From Octopus sinensis (taxonomy: Eukaryota), in contig NW_021834791.1 in NCBI RefSeq assembly GCF_006345805.1, positions 8,866 to 72,865 of the forward strand: a stretch of DNA of 64,000 nucleotides, written 5' to 3'. The notes under the pieces are model-generated. The model saw nothing but the letters and a program-made list of their open reading frames with translations, did not search any database and was not told the DNA's origin. Positions 52,046-64,000 of this stretch are shown here, piece by piece (position 1 is the first letter of the stretch; every line of letters starts with the position of its first letter). Position numbers and translations under genes: made by a program.

Positions 52046-52184
52046 TATAGTTTCATTGAAGAAAATAGCATGAAACTTTGAGCGGAAAATCCATCGCCAA
52101 GGCAGCGTTTATAAGAGGGAGATTAATAAATAGCAGTTAATAATTGTGTTTGATAAAGAAACGGTTTTATTCTAGCTTTAGATC

Positions 52185-53070
52185 CTCAATCGCTACTCAG
52201 CGCATTGGCTGACAAGCTTTCTTTACTGGGTTCGGTCGGCTGCTTCGCTTGCACATCCATTCCACATAATGTTGACTGTCTTCAGATCACCTTGAAATGT
52301 CTCCCACTAAGTGAACTTCATCCTGCGCCTTTTATGCTTGCCAAAAGGTGGTACCTGTTTTCGAGTGTCGTTGATCGGCTATACCAGTGGAGCTCAACCG
52401 GGGTCAATATGGCCCATGAGGGTTCATCTAAGACTTCTGGGGGGGGGGGGCACGCAACAAAATACTAAATGAGAGATCCGCAATAATATTCTAAGGGATC
52501 CTGAAAAAAATTTGCTTTAGATGTATTTATTGGTATGTTGTACAAGAAACAGCAAGGTTTCTTTCTCTGATGTCGTACATGGTTCAACCTACACAAGTTA
52601 ATGTGGGAAAAACAAAATAGGTTTTTGGAAAGAAGTTTCTATAAAATGGTTATGGGAATTCAACAAAATAAATTTATAATCAGAGGAATCCAGAGGTCAA
52701 AAATGGTTGAGAAACCCTGGGCTAGAAGGAGAACGTGGCAAACCATGTGGAGTCTGTGCAGTGGTCGTGACTTGGCTCGTATTAAAGTCTCTTCATTTGT
52801 TACACGGTCCCGCCGGTTGACCCACAGGATCTTTATGATGTATTTTCGATGGAATGCGTTTGGTTTTCTATCTCTTCTTGCTGTGCTTTTCCAAGTCTCG
52901 TTGGCATAGATTGAAGTAGGCAGAACGATGCAGTTACACAGACGAAATTTCACATGTTTGAGGTCGTCCAGATGGAACGCAATAGCTGGAACACTGCAGC
53001 CATCTTGCCAATCCTGCATTCTCTGTCGAGTTCCACATCGCCAGAGTTGCTTAGAACGCTGCCGAGATAG
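52185..53070 (-). mobile_element. RTE-X-like LINE 3' end split by a hAT MITE
   Basis: KFRLCNCIVLPTSIYANETWK...AFHRKYIIKILWVNRRDRVTNEETL...HVLL, then the insert, then FQGDLKTVNIMW...AADRTQ*RKLVSQCA. Confidence 0.8.
52385..52719. mobile_element. hAT (Charlie-like) MITE
   Basis: Termini cagtggagctcaacc...ggttgagaaaccctg; 8-bp flanks ggctatac/ggctagaa (6/8 identical). Confidence 0.8.
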
Positions 53071-53379
53071 TCATTCTAGACATAAGAAATATTCCACTAC
53101 ATTGAGTACAAGAGACAAAAGAAAGAAAATGTCTGGAAGGAATATTAGAGACGGTTTAAATTAATTCTTAAAACTAAGCTAAATGCCAAAAATAATGTAA
53201 ATATCTATTAATACTTTGAATGCTTCATAGATTACTGCTGAAAATATTCTTAACTGAATGGCGAGTGGATTAGCAAGACTAGGTAGAAACACAATGAATT
53301 AATGACTGTATTTAGAATATACCACCGTAAATCCGACACAGAAAGATTACAATAAACACACGCACACACACACACCACA

Positions 53380-53426
<47 letters not shown>

Positions 53427-53514
53427 GACACACACACACATACACTCACTCACACACGCAAACGAACACGCACGCACGCACACTCACATATACAAACGCA
53501 GAGTGAAAGTTCTT

Positions 53515-54060
53515 GTGTATATTGGTTTCAAACTTTGGCACAAGGCCAGCAATTTCGAAGGAGGGGATAAGCTGATTACATCGGCCCCATTCCTCCAATG
53601 GTGTCTTATCGACCCCCAAGTCGGCGAGCTGGCAGAATCGTTAGCACGCCGGGGAAAATGCTTAGCGGTATTTCGCCCGCCGCTACATTTCTGAGTTCAA
53701 ATTCCGCCATGGTCGACTTTGCCTTTCATCCTTTCGGGCTCGATAAATTAAGAACCAGTTGAGTACTAGGGTCGATGTAATCGACTGCCCCCTTCCCCCA
53801 AATTTCAGGCCTTGTGCCTATAATAGAACGCACTGGGGTCGATGTAATTGACTTATTACCTATGTCTGTCCTTGTTTGTCCCCTCTGTGTTTAGTCCCTT
53901 GTGGGTAATAAAGAAATAGGTATTTTATCGACCTCCTAAAGGATGAAAGGCAAAGCTGACCTCGGCGAAATTTGACCTCAGAACGTAAAGATGGACAAAA
54001 TGGCGCTAAGCATTTCGCCCGGTGTGTTAATGATTGTACTTATTCGCCTCCTTAGGTCTT
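53515..54060. mobile_element. Cluster of SINE family B pieces in both orientations
   Basis: Minus-strand tail (~53520-53620), plus-strand copy (~53622-53822), a second tail (~53830-53910) and a minus-strand head (~53920-54055). Confidence 0.75.
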
Positions 54061-54237
54061 CTGTATATTATGTTCGTCAGTAACCGCTGGTTTTCCCTAA
54101 ACAAACACTAGGCAAGAACCAGGTTCGATTATTTCTGCGGTAGCATCCCCCCACCCTTCTTGGACATTTGTGACACTCTCAGCCAACGTGTCAATAAAAA
54201 GAACATTATTTGATTACCTTTTTCTTTGTAAAAAGCA

Positions 54238-54445
54238 CAAGTTATGCTGGGTCGTACATGCCGCTAGGTTCACAGACAACAGATGGACTTTTGTATTTGC
54301 CGAATGGTATCCAGGAAATTGGAAAAGACCACTTGGAAGGCCTCCATGATGACGGGAAGACAATTTAGTTAAGCAATTTGTGTCAAGATGGAAAATAATA
54401 ACGTAATTAAGACAGAATTAGAAGCGCATTGTAACCAGCGGTGTT
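54238..54445 (+). mobile_element. RTE-clade LINE 3' fragment
   Basis: DNRWTFVFAEWYPGNWKRPLGRPP**REDNL. Confidence 0.7.
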
Positions 54446-54464
54446 GGCTACCCGCATGGTTTTT

Positions 54465-54835
54465 GGTCTCAAGCATTTGTCTTATGAAGAAAGGCTGAAG
54501 ACTCTCGATCTTTTTTCTCTTGAAAAACGACGAAGCCGAAAAGTGTAACCTCTCGAAAGAGATGTTCTTCACTCCTGCTCCAGAGCGTGGGCTGCGAGGT
54601 CACTCCGAAAAGCTCTATCTACGACGATTTCATCTCAATCGAAGGAGAGGGGCTTTCTCCGTCCGGGTTGCGGATCCGTGGAATAAGCTGCCGGACGAGA
54701 TAGTGAAGATGCCGGTTCAAAGTATCTCTTGACCGGAAATGGCCTGAATTCTTTGTATGACCATCCTCCCTGTACATAACTCCCTGTCCCCCTACATGGC
54801 CTTGCTTTTGCTTTTTGAGCCAATAAAAATTAAAT
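54465..54835 (+). mobile_element. CR1 LINE 3' end with poly(A) signal
   Basis: GLKHLSYEERLKTLDLFSLEKRR...RGHSEKL...RRGAFSVRVADPWNKLPDEIV; aataaa at ~54821. Confidence 0.85.
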
Positions 54836-54940
54836 ATCTGATGGTCCGGTCGATACTTCAGTATATGAATACAGAGATATTATCGTCAAGTGTCGTTGTT
54901 TAGGCAAATAAACGCTCAATATATTTCATCCTTCACTCAG

Positions 54941-55024
54941 GAGAACAAACAGTGTTCATCACCGTTAACAGAACCTCCAAGAGATGTTACCCTAATGCTT
55001 GTACTAGAGTGGTCTCCGCTAAAG
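54941..55024 (+). CDS. Candidate 84-nt internal exon of an unidentified gene
   Basis: Acceptor tttcatccttcactcag, donor AAG/gtacaa; open in phase 0 (ENKQCSSPLTEPPRDVTLMLVLEWSPLK) and in phase 1 (EQTVFITVNRTSKRCYPNACTRVVSAK). No homology recognised. Confidence 0.2.
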
Positions 55025-55782
55025 GTACAAGTGTGGTGTTAAACTGGATGACGGAGAACACGAAATAAGTAACCCGTCATGGTTAAGTCACCAATTGATC
55101 GAATTACACAAAAACAACAGATTAATAAGTTAGAGTGGTACCAGTCTTTTGGTAATCAGCAGAACCTATATTGAACTTGAATCTCATTCTGTCGTGGGCC
55201 ATCGTACAATACACTGTCTCTTAAGCTCTTTTTAGACCTCGCGGAGCCCAGCCCCTTCCAAGACTAACTATAGTTGAGTTCTTCTAGAAAGTGAGACAGC
55301 AACGTACAGAAGGAAAGAGTGAGAGAAAGAGAAAAATACAGTATATCGATCCCAGTACGGCTGCGGTTGTATTTATCGAATCCGAGGGAGAGAAGACGAA
55401 AGGTAAAGAGGACGTCAGCTGAATTTGAACACTGAATGCTAAGAGCCGGAGCCAATATCACAAAGCATTCTATCCAATGCTCCCGCGACTTCACACGATC
55501 ATAAATCAGGAAATGAACTTTTTCTATCTACCGTTGAAATATCAAAATATTACGACTCTTATTCTATAACCATATTAAAAGCTGGCGTTTTACAACGAAA
55601 ACACAAAGACATTTGAAGCTTCATTGCTAGATTTTCCATAGTTCCAAGCAACAAAAATTCATTTCCCATTCTGTCACTCCCATTCTTTTACCAAAATTAT
55701 TACCTACCTTCATTCTTCTATTCTATACGTTTATCTCAACCTCGCTCTCTTCCTCTTTCCTTCTCTGTACTCCTACCTCGCC

Positions 55783-55817
<35 letters not shown>

Positions 55818-55910
55818 TTGCTCTCTATATTTTTTCCTTTTTTTCACTTTCCCATCTTCTCTCACACCATCACGTTCATGTCACTCCTTCCTCGACATTC
55901 ACTCCTTTAG

Positions 55911-55957
55911 AGCTCTCCAATACGAAGACAGAAAAAGATCTGACGAGTAAACTCATG
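55911..55957 (+). CDS. Candidate 47-nt exon of an unidentified gene
   Basis: Long polypyrimidine tract ending ctcctttag, strong donor ATG/gtgagt, one open frame (LSNTKTEKDLTSKLM). Confidence 0.25.
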
Positions 55958-56340
55958 GTGAGTTTATCCTCCTCAAGTAAGTACTTATAAGGTTAAGTCT
56001 GCTGAAGGCTTTTGCAGAACTTCAGTTACGAAGCCTGCTCCACCACCACCACCACCACCACACCACCATCATCGTCAGGAACATCAACATTCCTCCTCCC
56101 ACCTCTCCTTCTCTCTCTCTCTATCTCTCTTAATTGACACGAAGTTAAACGTTTGTTTCAAATACCGAAAGATTTCATTTTTACCAATTCCGGAGCGTGA
56201 CTACTTATCGAGATGTCATATCGACATCACTTCATCGTGTTCCTGATAACTTCTTCTTCTTCTTCTTCTTCTTCTCTTCTTCTTCTTCTTCTTCTTCTTC
56301 TTCTTCTTCTTCTTCTTCTTCTTTCTTCTTCTTCTTCTTA

Positions 56341-56418
<78 letters not shown>

Positions 56419-56689
56419 AGTTGGTGGTGGTGGTTGTAGTAGTATCCTTCTTCCTAAGAAAGAGAGAAGGATGAAGAAACAGAAGGGAACAAAACCGAAA
56501 TCTCGTTTGTGCCATTATCGAAAGAAAATTCAACGATTTTCTTTCCTATTTCCTTTTCTCATGATGGCTGCAACGAGAGACGAGATAATAAATAAATAAA
56601 TAAATAAATAAATGAAAGAAAGAAATAATAATAAACACAAAACTAGAACCCTCCAAAATACGTAAAGTTTAACAATCTGCCTAAAAACC

Positions 56690-56730
<41 letters not shown>

Positions 56731-56733
<3 letters not shown>

Positions 56734-57280
56734 GCCCTGATGCAGTACCAGGCAGTGGCTCTCATGGCTTCTGATCTTAACTGATTGGAAATGTTATCAT
56801 GTCCATTGTTTTGTCTGGTATAAAAGATGGGGCTACAGCAAATATTCTGCTCAATACCACGATTTGCTTGTCAGTTGTTTGACCTTAACCAGTGAGCATG
56901 TCCCTTAGTGGCTGACGATATGTGCATCTTGATCACGAGCAGAAGTAGTGGGGGAGTATCATAGCCATGTGTTGAGAGGGATCTTGGGGTTTGAATAGTT
57001 CACCTCTGGAAACATGGGTGGTTCTTTCAACATCCTTAAACAACCCTATTCAGGGACCGTTTGAGCGGGATGGGCTACTCAACTTGAAGAAAATCTAACT
57101 GGGTCCCACCTGCAAGGTCATGTGCTGTTTAACTTGATATGAGATCATCATGTCGTGCACATATGGTTGTGATGCATGTGCCTGGTGTACCTTTATCAGA
57201 CGGGTAGTCATGATGGGTATACTGGGCTTCGTATATTTTACCCCAGTGTCACTTTGATGGCATGCACTGCTCTCTCACTC

Positions 57281-57281
<1 letters not shown>
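56731..57281 (+). mobile_element. ~550-bp non-coding element flanked by (AAT)n, full-length copy
   Basis: Four copies in the window share the 3' end; no TIR or tRNA-like head recognised. Confidence 0.85.
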
Positions 57282-57304
<23 letters not shown>

Positions 57305-57321
<17 letters not shown>

Positions 57322-57560
57322 TCCTTTGCGCTTTAAGCACAAGGCCTGAAATTTGGGGAAGGGGGTAATCGATTACATCGACCCCAGTGCTTTACTGGTA
57401 CCTAATTTATCGACCTCGAAAGGATGAAGGGCAAGGTCAACCTCACTGGAATTTGAACTCAGAACTCAGAACGTGACGACGGACGAGATGCCGCTAAGCA
57501 TTATGCCCGGCATGCTGACGATTCTGCCAGCTCGCCGCTAGAGTAATGATGATGATGATG

Positions 57561-57610
<50 letters not shown>

Positions 57611-57671
57611 CACCAAAAACAACAAAAGCAACAACAACAACAACAAAAACAACAACAACAACAACAACAAC

Positions 57672-57708
<37 letters not shown>

Positions 57709-57895
57709 TAATAATAATAATAATGATAATAATAATAACCCTTTCTACTAAAGGCACATGGCCTGAAATTTGGGGGTATAGAAGTAATCGATTACATCGA
57801 CCCCAGTGCATTATTGATAGGTATTTTATGGACCCTGAAAGAATGAAAGGCGAAGTCGACATCGGTGGAATTCGAACTCAGAAGATAAAAACAGA
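57305..57895 (-). mobile_element. Two SINE family B copies (~57305-57540, 57738-57895) separated by (AAT)/(AAC)
   Basis: Family B core is present twice. Confidence 0.8.
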
Positions 57896-58019
57896 GGAAA
57901 TAAAGCTATAAATGAGACATAAGTATATAACAGACTAAATACGGCAATACATCTATGATGCTCTCCTGCTGATACAGAAGGACCTCCAATCACGGGACCA
58001 ATCACGGATTACTCTGAAC

Positions 58020-58230
58020 GCATGTTGTTCTCCAGTCTACAGACCCACGCTTAGAGTATGCACGTTTACGTAAAGCCTGTTTGCCACAGTCACCAACCTT
58101 TTCGCAGATTCACTGGGAGATAAAGCACTTCCCTGTCCACCCTCGTTCTCTTTCCAAGTGAAACTTAAAAAGTCGAAAGGAATGTGTACGCCCTCAATCC
58201 CTTCAGCATTACCCACCATACAATCGCTTT
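58020..58230 (+). mobile_element. Possible LINE (L2/Jockey-group) 3' relic
   Basis: SLSTLVLFPSET*KVERNVYAL weakly resembles WNSLPxSVFP...FKRNV. Confidence 0.3.
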
Positions 58231-58451
58231 CGACATTAATACAAGAAGAAGTAGGAGGAGGAGGAGGAGGAGGAGGGAGAAGGAGGAGGAGGAGGAAGAA
58301 GAAGAAGAAGAAGAAGAAGAAAGAAGAAGAAGGAGGAAGAAGAAGAAGAAGAAGAAGAAGAAGAGGAAGGAGGAGGAGAAAGAAGAAAAAGAAGAAGAAA
58401 GAAAGAAAGAAAGAAAGGAAGAAGAAGAAGAAGAAGAAGAAGAAGAAGAAT

Positions 58452-59190
58452 AGTTGAGAGACATGGTTATGGTTGCAGAAAGGAAAGCTGAAAAAGGAGA
58501 CAGACAGTTTGATTCCAACGCAAGATCAAGCATTAAGGACTAATTGGAAAAAAGCCAAGATAGACAAAAACCAATGTAAGTTATGCAAATCGAAAAGGGA
58601 AAGTCTTAATCATACAGTTAGTGAATGCAATATCCTGACACAATGAATACAAGAAAAGACATGGCAACCTTGGAAGAGCAATCCACTGGGAGTTATGTAG
58701 AGAGCTAGTATTTGAACATAATGATAAATGTTATGAACATGAACCTAGTAAAGTACTAGAAAGTAAGAAATATAGGACATCGTGGAACTTCAACATTCAG
58801 AATGACAGAATAAATGAAGCCAGAAGGCTGATTTAGTAAATAGAGAATAGACAGTACCAGATAATGGTATTTACAGTCCCAAATGATGAGAAAATCAATA
58901 TGAGAGGTATAGAGAAAATAGCAAAGTACTAGGGCCTAGTAATTGAACTACAGAAACTTTGGAAAGTGCGGGTAAAAATGTATCCTAGCAATTATAGGTG
59001 CGTTAAGAAGTATCCCTAAGGATTTGAACAGATGGAGGAAATAGGCATAAAACCTAGTTCAGTACAGCTGCAGAAAACAGTGTTATTAGGGGCAGCTGGA
59101 TTACTTAGGAGGGTCCTTCGCATCTAAGGTTACTTGTAGCCCGATGTTAGGAATTTTTCTTTTCCAAGAGTCTAATTTGTTGTGCAAACA
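58452..59190 (+). mobile_element. R4/Dong-clade retrotransposon 3' portion (zinc knuckle plus endonuclease)
   Basis: WLWLQKGKLKKETDSL...QDQALRTNW...CKLCKSKRESLNH...EYKKRH...IHWELC...YEHEP...EKIAKY*GLVIELQKLWK...IIGAL...LQKTVLLGAAGLLRRVL*; ends in (TAC)n(AAT)n. Confidence 0.88.
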
Positions 59191-59194
59191 TGAA

Positions 59195-59281
<87 letters not shown>

Positions 59282-59289
59282 TAATAATA

Positions 59290-59809
59290 AATGCTCTGAT
59301 GCAGTACCAGGCAGTGGCTCTCATGGCTTCTGATCTTAATGATTGGAAGTGTTATCATGTACATTGTTTTGTCTTGGTATAAAAGATGGGCTACAGTAAA
59401 TATTCTGCTCAATACCACAGATTTGCTTGTCAGTTGATTGACCTTAACCTGTTGAGCATGTCCCTTAGTGGCTGACGATATGTGTATTGGGGGAGTATCA
59501 TAGACATATGTTGCGAGGAATTCTTTGGGGTTTGGATAAGTCACCTCTGGAAACATGAGTGTTTTGTTTATCACCTTTATTCAAAGACCTTTTGTGTGGG
59601 ATCGGCTACTCGACTTAAAGAAAATTCTATCTCCCCCTCTAAGGTCATGCATTGTTTATCTTGATATAAGATCACCATACCACACACATATGGTTGTGAT
59701 GCATGTGCCTGGTGTACCCTTATCAGACAGGTAGTCATAATGGGTAAAACTGGGCTCCGTATATTTTACCCCAGTGTCACTTTGATGGCATGCACTGCTC
59801 CCTCACTCA
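59290..59809 (+). mobile_element. Second near-full-length copy of the (AAT)n-flanked element
   Basis: Colinear with 56731-57281 apart from small internal deletions. Confidence 0.85.
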
Positions 59810-59824
59810 GTAACAACAACAACA

Positions 59825-59885
<61 letters not shown>

Positions 59886-59899
59886 TAATAATAATGATA

Positions 59900-60120
59900 A
59901 TGGTTTCAAATTTTGGCGTACAAACAGGAGTCCCGAGGGAGGGGATAGGTCGATTATATCGACAGCCCCCCCTCCCCTGTGCTCAACTGGTTCTTATTCT
60001 ATTGACTCCGAAAGGATGAAAGGCAAATTTGATCTCGGCGGAATTTGAAATAAGAACCTGAAGACAGACGAAATGCCGCTAAGCATTTTGTCTGTGTGCA
60101 AATGATTCTGCGAGTTCACT
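59900..60120 (-). mobile_element. SINE family B
   Basis: ggtttcaaattttggc tail, core and head visible. Confidence 0.75.
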
Positions 60121-60129
60121 GCCTTCGAT

Positions 60130-60500
60130 TATGATGATGATGATGATGATGGTTGTGGTGGTGGTGATAGTGATGGTGATGATGATGATGGTGATGAGGA
60201 TAACGATGATGATGATTGTGGTGGTGGTGGTGGTGGTGGTGGTGGTGATGATGATGATGATGGTGGTGGTGATGATGATGATAGTAATGGTGGGGATGAT
60301 GACGATGATGATGATGACGATGATGATGATGATGATGATGATGGTGATGATGGTGATGGTGATGATGGTGATAGTGATGGTGATGATGATGATGATGGTG
60401 GTGGTAGTGGTGGTGGTGATGATGATGGTGATGATGATGGTGATGATGATGACGATGATGATGATGATGATGATGATGGTGATGATGATGGTGATGATGA
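60130..60500. repeat. (GAT)/(GGT) microsatellite
   Basis: Directly visible. Confidence 0.95.
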
Positions 60501-60904
60501 TAAAAAATACAAACCTTCAGAAAAAAGAAAAAAACGAACGACATTGTACAGCAGAACGAAGATAAAATAGAACGAAAAGCAAAGCATACACACATACACA
60601 CATATATATGCATGTGTGTGTGTCTGTATATATATATATATATGTATATATATGTATATACATACATATATGCATATGGGATTGAGTTCTAACTTTTTGT
60701 AGGTTTTTCGATATGTGAGAAAATAAAGACGACGACGGAGCTCTAAGTTATTGGCAAAAAATAAAAAAAATAAGGAGAAAAAGAAAACAAAAAGCGAGGA
60801 GAAAAAAATAAAGATGTGTCTTTTGAGTAAATTAACTTTATGGTTAGCAATGTTCTGTTTTATTTATTTGCTGGAGTTTTTCGAGGAAGCGCTTGCTTTA
60901 GAAA

Positions 60905-61114
60905 GGCGATGGCGGCTGTGGCGATGGCGGCTGTGGCGATGGCGGCTGTGGCGATGGTGGCTGTGGCGATGGTGGCTGTGGCGATGGTGGCTGTGGCGAT
61001 GGTGGCTGTGGCGATGGTGGCTGTGGCGATGGCGGCTGTGGCGATGGTGGCTGTGGCGATGGTGGCTGTGGCGATGGTGGCTGTGGCGATGGTGGCTGTG
61101 GCGATGGTGGCTGT
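60905..61114 (+). repeat. 15-bp minisatellite GGCGATGGYGGCTGT, 14 units
   Basis: Exact 15-nt period from 60905; only one C/T position varies. Confidence 0.95.
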
Positions 61115-61539
61115 GGCGGTGGTGGTTCTGGGTGTGTTGTTGTTGTTGTTGTTGTTGTTGCTTTTGTTGGTGGCGGCGGTGGTGGTGGCCGTGTTGGAGC
61201 GGAAGGTCATTTTGCATTTTTGCTGCAGTGAGTTGTTGTGGTTAAGTAGATTGTAGATTGTTTTTTGCGAGCTTTGGGATGCAGGGATGCAGGGATGCCG
61301 CAAACATTGGTCAGTGAGTGATGATATATGAAGACAGATGAGTGAGTGATTGAGAGAGAGAGAAGGGGGAGAGGAAGTGAGGAATGGAGAGAGAGAGAGG
61401 AGAAAAGAAGATATGTGTTGCATACAAAAAGGTGTGTGTGTGTGTATCTGAGTGTGCGGTTGTGCAGTGCACGTGCGTGTATATACATACACATATACAC
61501 ACGTATATATACATATGTACTCACACAAATATAGATGAA

Positions 61540-61558
61540 TATATGTTTATAAATATAC

Positions 61559-61589
<31 letters not shown>

Positions 61590-61622
61590 ATACATATAAA
61601 TACATTTATAAATATGCTATAC

Positions 61623-61653
<31 letters not shown>

Positions 61654-62054
61654 TTTATGAATGTATATCGATATATTTTATTGTATATCTCTAGGTACAT
61701 GTTTGTATATGCATTCTTTTATATAAATATATAGACATTCATATCGGTTTTATTACACACACACACACACACATATTTTTTTTCTAGTTTCAGCCCAGAG
61801 TTGCGGCCATGCTGATGCACCGCCGTTTATCCATATATGTATATCCATATATGTATATGTATTTATATTTGTGTGTGCGTTGTGTGTATATGTATATATA
61901 TGTGTGTATGTTACGTGTATTCATGGATTAATACATGCATGTACATATATATACATGTATATACATATATATTAGAAATATGTATATATATATGTATATA
62001 CATATATATTAGAAATATGTATATATATGTGTATATATATGTGTATTATATATA

Positions 62055-62111
<57 letters not shown>

Positions 62112-62238
62112 TTATGTGAGTGTGTGTACATGTGTGTTTACACACATAGACACACACATATGATGGATAGTATATTGTATATATGATGCATGTACATATC
62201 TATATCTATCTATCATCTATCTATCTATCTGTCTATCC

Positions 62239-62272
<34 letters not shown>

Positions 62273-62363
62273 TCATCTATCTATCTATCTAATCTCTATC
62301 TATCTATCTATCTATCTATCTCTATCTATCTATCTATATATATATATATATATATATATATAG

Positions 62364-62407
<44 letters not shown>

Positions 62408-62423
62408 ATACATACATATACAT

Positions 62424-62463
<40 letters not shown>

Positions 62464-63240
62464 CAAAACACACACAGACACAGATGGATTGTATTTGTGT
62501 GAAAATATTGAAGAGAGTAAGAACAAGAAAAGTCAATTCTCTTTTATTGTCTTATATTGTCTTTTATGGTAAGAATTAGTTTCTAATGGAATCCCACAGA
62601 ATCGCAGAATAAATTATCTGATTACTGGGCAGAATGCAAGGAATACAGAAATGCGCATAAGATGCATGTATGTACGTATATATGTATATACGTGTGTATA
62701 TACACATATCCATTGAGTATGCATGTACGTATATAGGCATATATATATACGTATATATATGTATACATGTATATATGTAAATATATATACTTATGTATGT
62801 GTATATACATATATGTACATATATACATATATATGTAAATATACATATACATATTTATATGCATATGTGTATATGTATATATGTATGTGTGTGTGTGTGT
62901 GTGTATGTATATGTCTGTGCATATATATATATATAACGTGTGAGTATATATATATATGTATGTGTGTGCATGTATATGTGTACAAGCATATGCATGTACA
63001 TATACATATAAATATATACATACATATGTATAACGTGCGTGTATATATGTGTGTATGTATACATGCATATATTATACATATATATATATGTATGCATTTA
63101 TATGTACGTGTGTTTGTGCATGTGTGAATGTATGCGTGTACTGCAACGCTGATACGGGAAGGAACGAGCCTACACACACATACACTCACACACACACACA
63201 CATACACACACACACACACAAGCACACACACACACAGATG
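61540..63240. repeat. (TA)/(TG)/(ATCT)/(CA) microsatellite field
   Basis: Directly visible. Confidence 0.9.
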
Positions 63241-63374
63241 AATACATAAATCTGCAATTTGGACAGTAAGACAAATGAAATATTAACCACCATTGGCAAC
63301 TTCCATATCAACATTGACATTAACGGGGCCTATTGCATAAAGAGAGAGAGAGGAGAGAGAGAGAGTTCAGGGGA

Positions 63375-63533
63375 GACAGAGGCGTAGCGCGGCGAACTGC
63401 CTGAGAGTGCGTCATCGCTTCTATCTGACTATTTCTAGACAGCATGGCGGAAATAGAAACACCGGACAAAAGGAAGTAGTTCTCAATAAGAGAGAGCTAG
63501 AGAGAGAGCTAGAGAGAGAGAGAGGGGGGAGAG

Positions 63534-63576
<43 letters not shown>

Positions 63577-63900
63577 CGGGGAGAAAAATGAGATAGGGAA
63601 GACAGCTTCTCCTTGAATACCATAAATTCGGACATGCGTGTTAAGATCTAAGTGCCATTGTGTTGATTTACTTAAATATAAATTTGGATTTGGAAGAGAA
63701 AGTCCCCTTATATCGTTACATATTTACGCATGGTTACATATTCTGAAAATGTTAAGATGACAGTCACGTGGTTTAGGAAATGTCACATATCAGGGGTCAA
63801 AGAAATATACGTTGCAGTTCATCCAGAAAGATATGCGCATGTGCAGGCCCATCCGCTTAGCCCTGAAGTTTACCTCACAATCAGTCACGTGGTTTCGTGT
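63375..63900. promoter_or_regulatory. Candidate promoter-like motif cluster
   Basis: CpG-enriched patch with TGCGTCA (63407), CATGGCGG (63443), AGGAAGT (63471), TGCGCATGTGCA (63834), and cagtcacgtggttt twice (63761, 63882). Confidence 0.3.
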
Positions 63901-64000
63901 TTGGGTTTCATTTTTCGAATTTCTAACGGAAGATTAGATGGTGGTGACGGTCGTGGAGATGGTGGTAAGTGGCGGTAGTGGTGATGGGGGTGATGGTGAT

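Overview
AT-rich eukaryotic genomic DNA, extremely dense in microsatellites. The SINE families and repeat content suggest a cephalopod (Octopus-like); this is my inference. I can support no intact protein-coding gene, tRNA, rRNA or CRISPR array, and almost all ORFs in the track are translated microsatellites. The window is a layered transposon graveyard. It holds five tRNA-headed SINE families (my labels A-E) and decayed LINE pieces (CR1-like, RTE, RTE-X, R4/Dong). It also holds Penelope-like (PLE) RT, linker and GIY-YIG fragments, DNA-transposon relics (hAT MITE, TA-flanked MITE, Merlin-like MITEs and foldbacks carrying TTAGGG repeats, TcMar-m44-like, piggyBac-like) and a Helitron end. The most interesting signal is a set of type-I hammerhead-ribozyme (HHR) folds. 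They sit in four short, mutually dissimilar non-coding elements that each end at a (TA)n tract, and one is arranged as a tandem-plus-inverted array. Together with the PLE fragments, this suggests a (TA)n-anchored, ribozyme-bearing retrozyme/PLE system. A few candidate micro-exons and promoter-like motif clusters are given at low confidence. Repeat boundaries were read by eye and are approximate unless termini are quoted.
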